A stretch of DNA of 54,562 nt. Origin: a virus. Taxonomy: Duplodnaviria > Caudoviricetes. Below are positions 53,523-54,562 of this stretch, in pieces (position 1 is the first letter of the stretch; every line of letters begins with the position of its first letter). The position numbers and the translations under genes were made by a program. The notes below the pieces were generated by a model. The model was not told the DNA's origin. It made no database searches and saw only the letters and a program-made list of their open reading frames with translations. The stretch covers positions 1 through 54,562 of the IMG/VR virus record IMGVR_UViG_3300042564_006016; one strand, given 5' to 3'.

Positions 53523-54562
53523 TTAAGATTGTGAAGTTGCTGATAAATATTCTTCTGTTGTCATGTTATGATTATTAGCGATACTTGCCAAAGCTCCGTC
53601 TTTTGCAATATCTGGGTGTACACCTTTCCAGTACGAAAGTCCGTCTAAACTAGCGTGTGGATACACAATCATATATTCAGGCTGGTCAAAAATATGTTTA
53701 ATCGTAATTTTGTAAAGTTTGTAAGATAAAACTTTTTTAACTTTCTTGTCAAAATTAATAGTCGCTACCCCATTTATAATCGACACGGCTTTTCGTTCTA
53801 AGTATTCAGCTTCTTTGGTTGCCTCATCTAGCAACTCAGCATTATCGCCTAAATCGTCAATAATTTGTTGAGCGTTGCAATATTTCAAGGAAATTGCTCT
53901 TACATCTATATCTTCAATTGCTAATATCTCGGGTAGTGTTAACTCATGATTAACTATCTTCCAGTATAATTTTTCGTGCTTTGGTCTGAACCTAACACCA
54001 TCTAAGGCATAAAATCCGTAACCATCGCTGAATTGACAAGCATAGCCATCTTCACAATGTAGGTCGTTAGCATTATTTCGTTTCATTAATATAGGGACTG
54101 GGCAAACAATACAAAACCCCCTTAACTGTATCGACATGAAAACACCAATATTTATATAATCAATCATTTTTTGTAAATTTTCTTTTTGGCTTTTTGTATA
54201 AAAATCAAAATTATTTAAAAAATATGAATAAAAAGATAACCACCCAAAATCAGAATAATTTCCATAATCAGAAAAAGAGAAATAATCTAAACCCCTAACC
54301 TGATCCCTAACCTGATCCCTAACCTGATCCCCAACCTGATCCCCAACCTGATCCCCAACCTGACCCCAAACCTGACCCCAAACCTGACCCCTAACCTGAT
54401 CCCTAACCTGATCCCCAACCTGATCCACAACCTGATCCCAAACCTGATTCCTAACCTGACCCCCAACCTGATCCCCAACCTGATCCCCAACCTGACCCCA
54501 AACCTGATCCCCAACCTGATCCCCAACCTGATCCCAAACCTGATCCACAACCTGACCCCCAC
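53523..54562 (-). CDS. C-terminal part of DUF6745-like protein
   Basis: DQV(W/G/R) repeats, then WLSFYSYF, LHCEDGYA..FSDGYGFYALDGV, IEDIDVR. Confidence 0.8.
   Translation of the reverse strand, partial: GGQVVDQVWDQVGDQVGDQVWGQVGDQVGDQVGGQVRNQVWDQVVDQVGDQVRDQVRGQVWGQVWGQVGDQVGDQVGDQVRDQVRDQVRGLDYFSFSDYGNYSDFGWLSFYSYFLNNFDFYTKSQKENLQKMIDYINIGVFMSIQLRGFCIVCPVPILMKRNNANDLHCEDGYACQFSDGYGFYALDGVRFRPKHEKLYWKIVNHELTLPEILAIEDIDVRAISLKYCNAQQIIDDLGDNAELLDEATKEAEYLERKAVSIINGVATINFDKKVKKVLSYKLYKITIKHIFDQPEYMIVYPHASLDGLSYWKGVHPDIAKDGALASIANNHNMTTEEYLSATSQS
54292..54562. repeat. 12-bp tandem repeat, right part
   Basis: About 22 units of AACCTGA(T/C)NCNN. Confidence 0.95.

Noticed and set aside
54287-54562. 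91-aa GIRL-repeat ORF
   Set aside because: Alternative frame of the 12-bp repeat; the DQV frame continues into a conserved domain

Overview
The window looks like a near-complete, AT-rich, ~54.6 kb tailed phage genome (siphovirus-like: HK97-type capsid, non-contractile tail). It is apparently circular and broken inside a 12-bp tandem repeat that lies within one gene at both ends. Modules: lambda-O-like initiator with internal iterons plus DnaB; a recombination pair; a leftward TerL-portal-head-tailspike block separated from the rightward capsid/tail/lysis block by a divergent early region; and a long leftward accessory operon (adenine MTase, dCTP deaminase, RNA ligase, Rha, RuvC-like). No integrase, reverse transcriptase, DNA polymerase or CRISPR array is visible. 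TTGACA-type promoters, near absence of Shine-Dalgarno sites and several apparently leaderless genes suggest a Patescibacteria/CPR-like host (inference only). The most notable signals are non-coding: a ~350-nt self-closing structured RNA with its own promoter and terminator (808-1168); two aberrant tRNA-like RNAs (7091-7315); a 6S-like rod RNA (12245-12396); a dif-like Xer site (23485-23512); a hairpin loop (31047-31055) complementary to the leaders of both the tail tube and tape measure genes; and pseudoknot or kissing-loop leaders before the initiator and Rha genes. All protein calls come from motif recognition by eye; no searches or folding programs were run.
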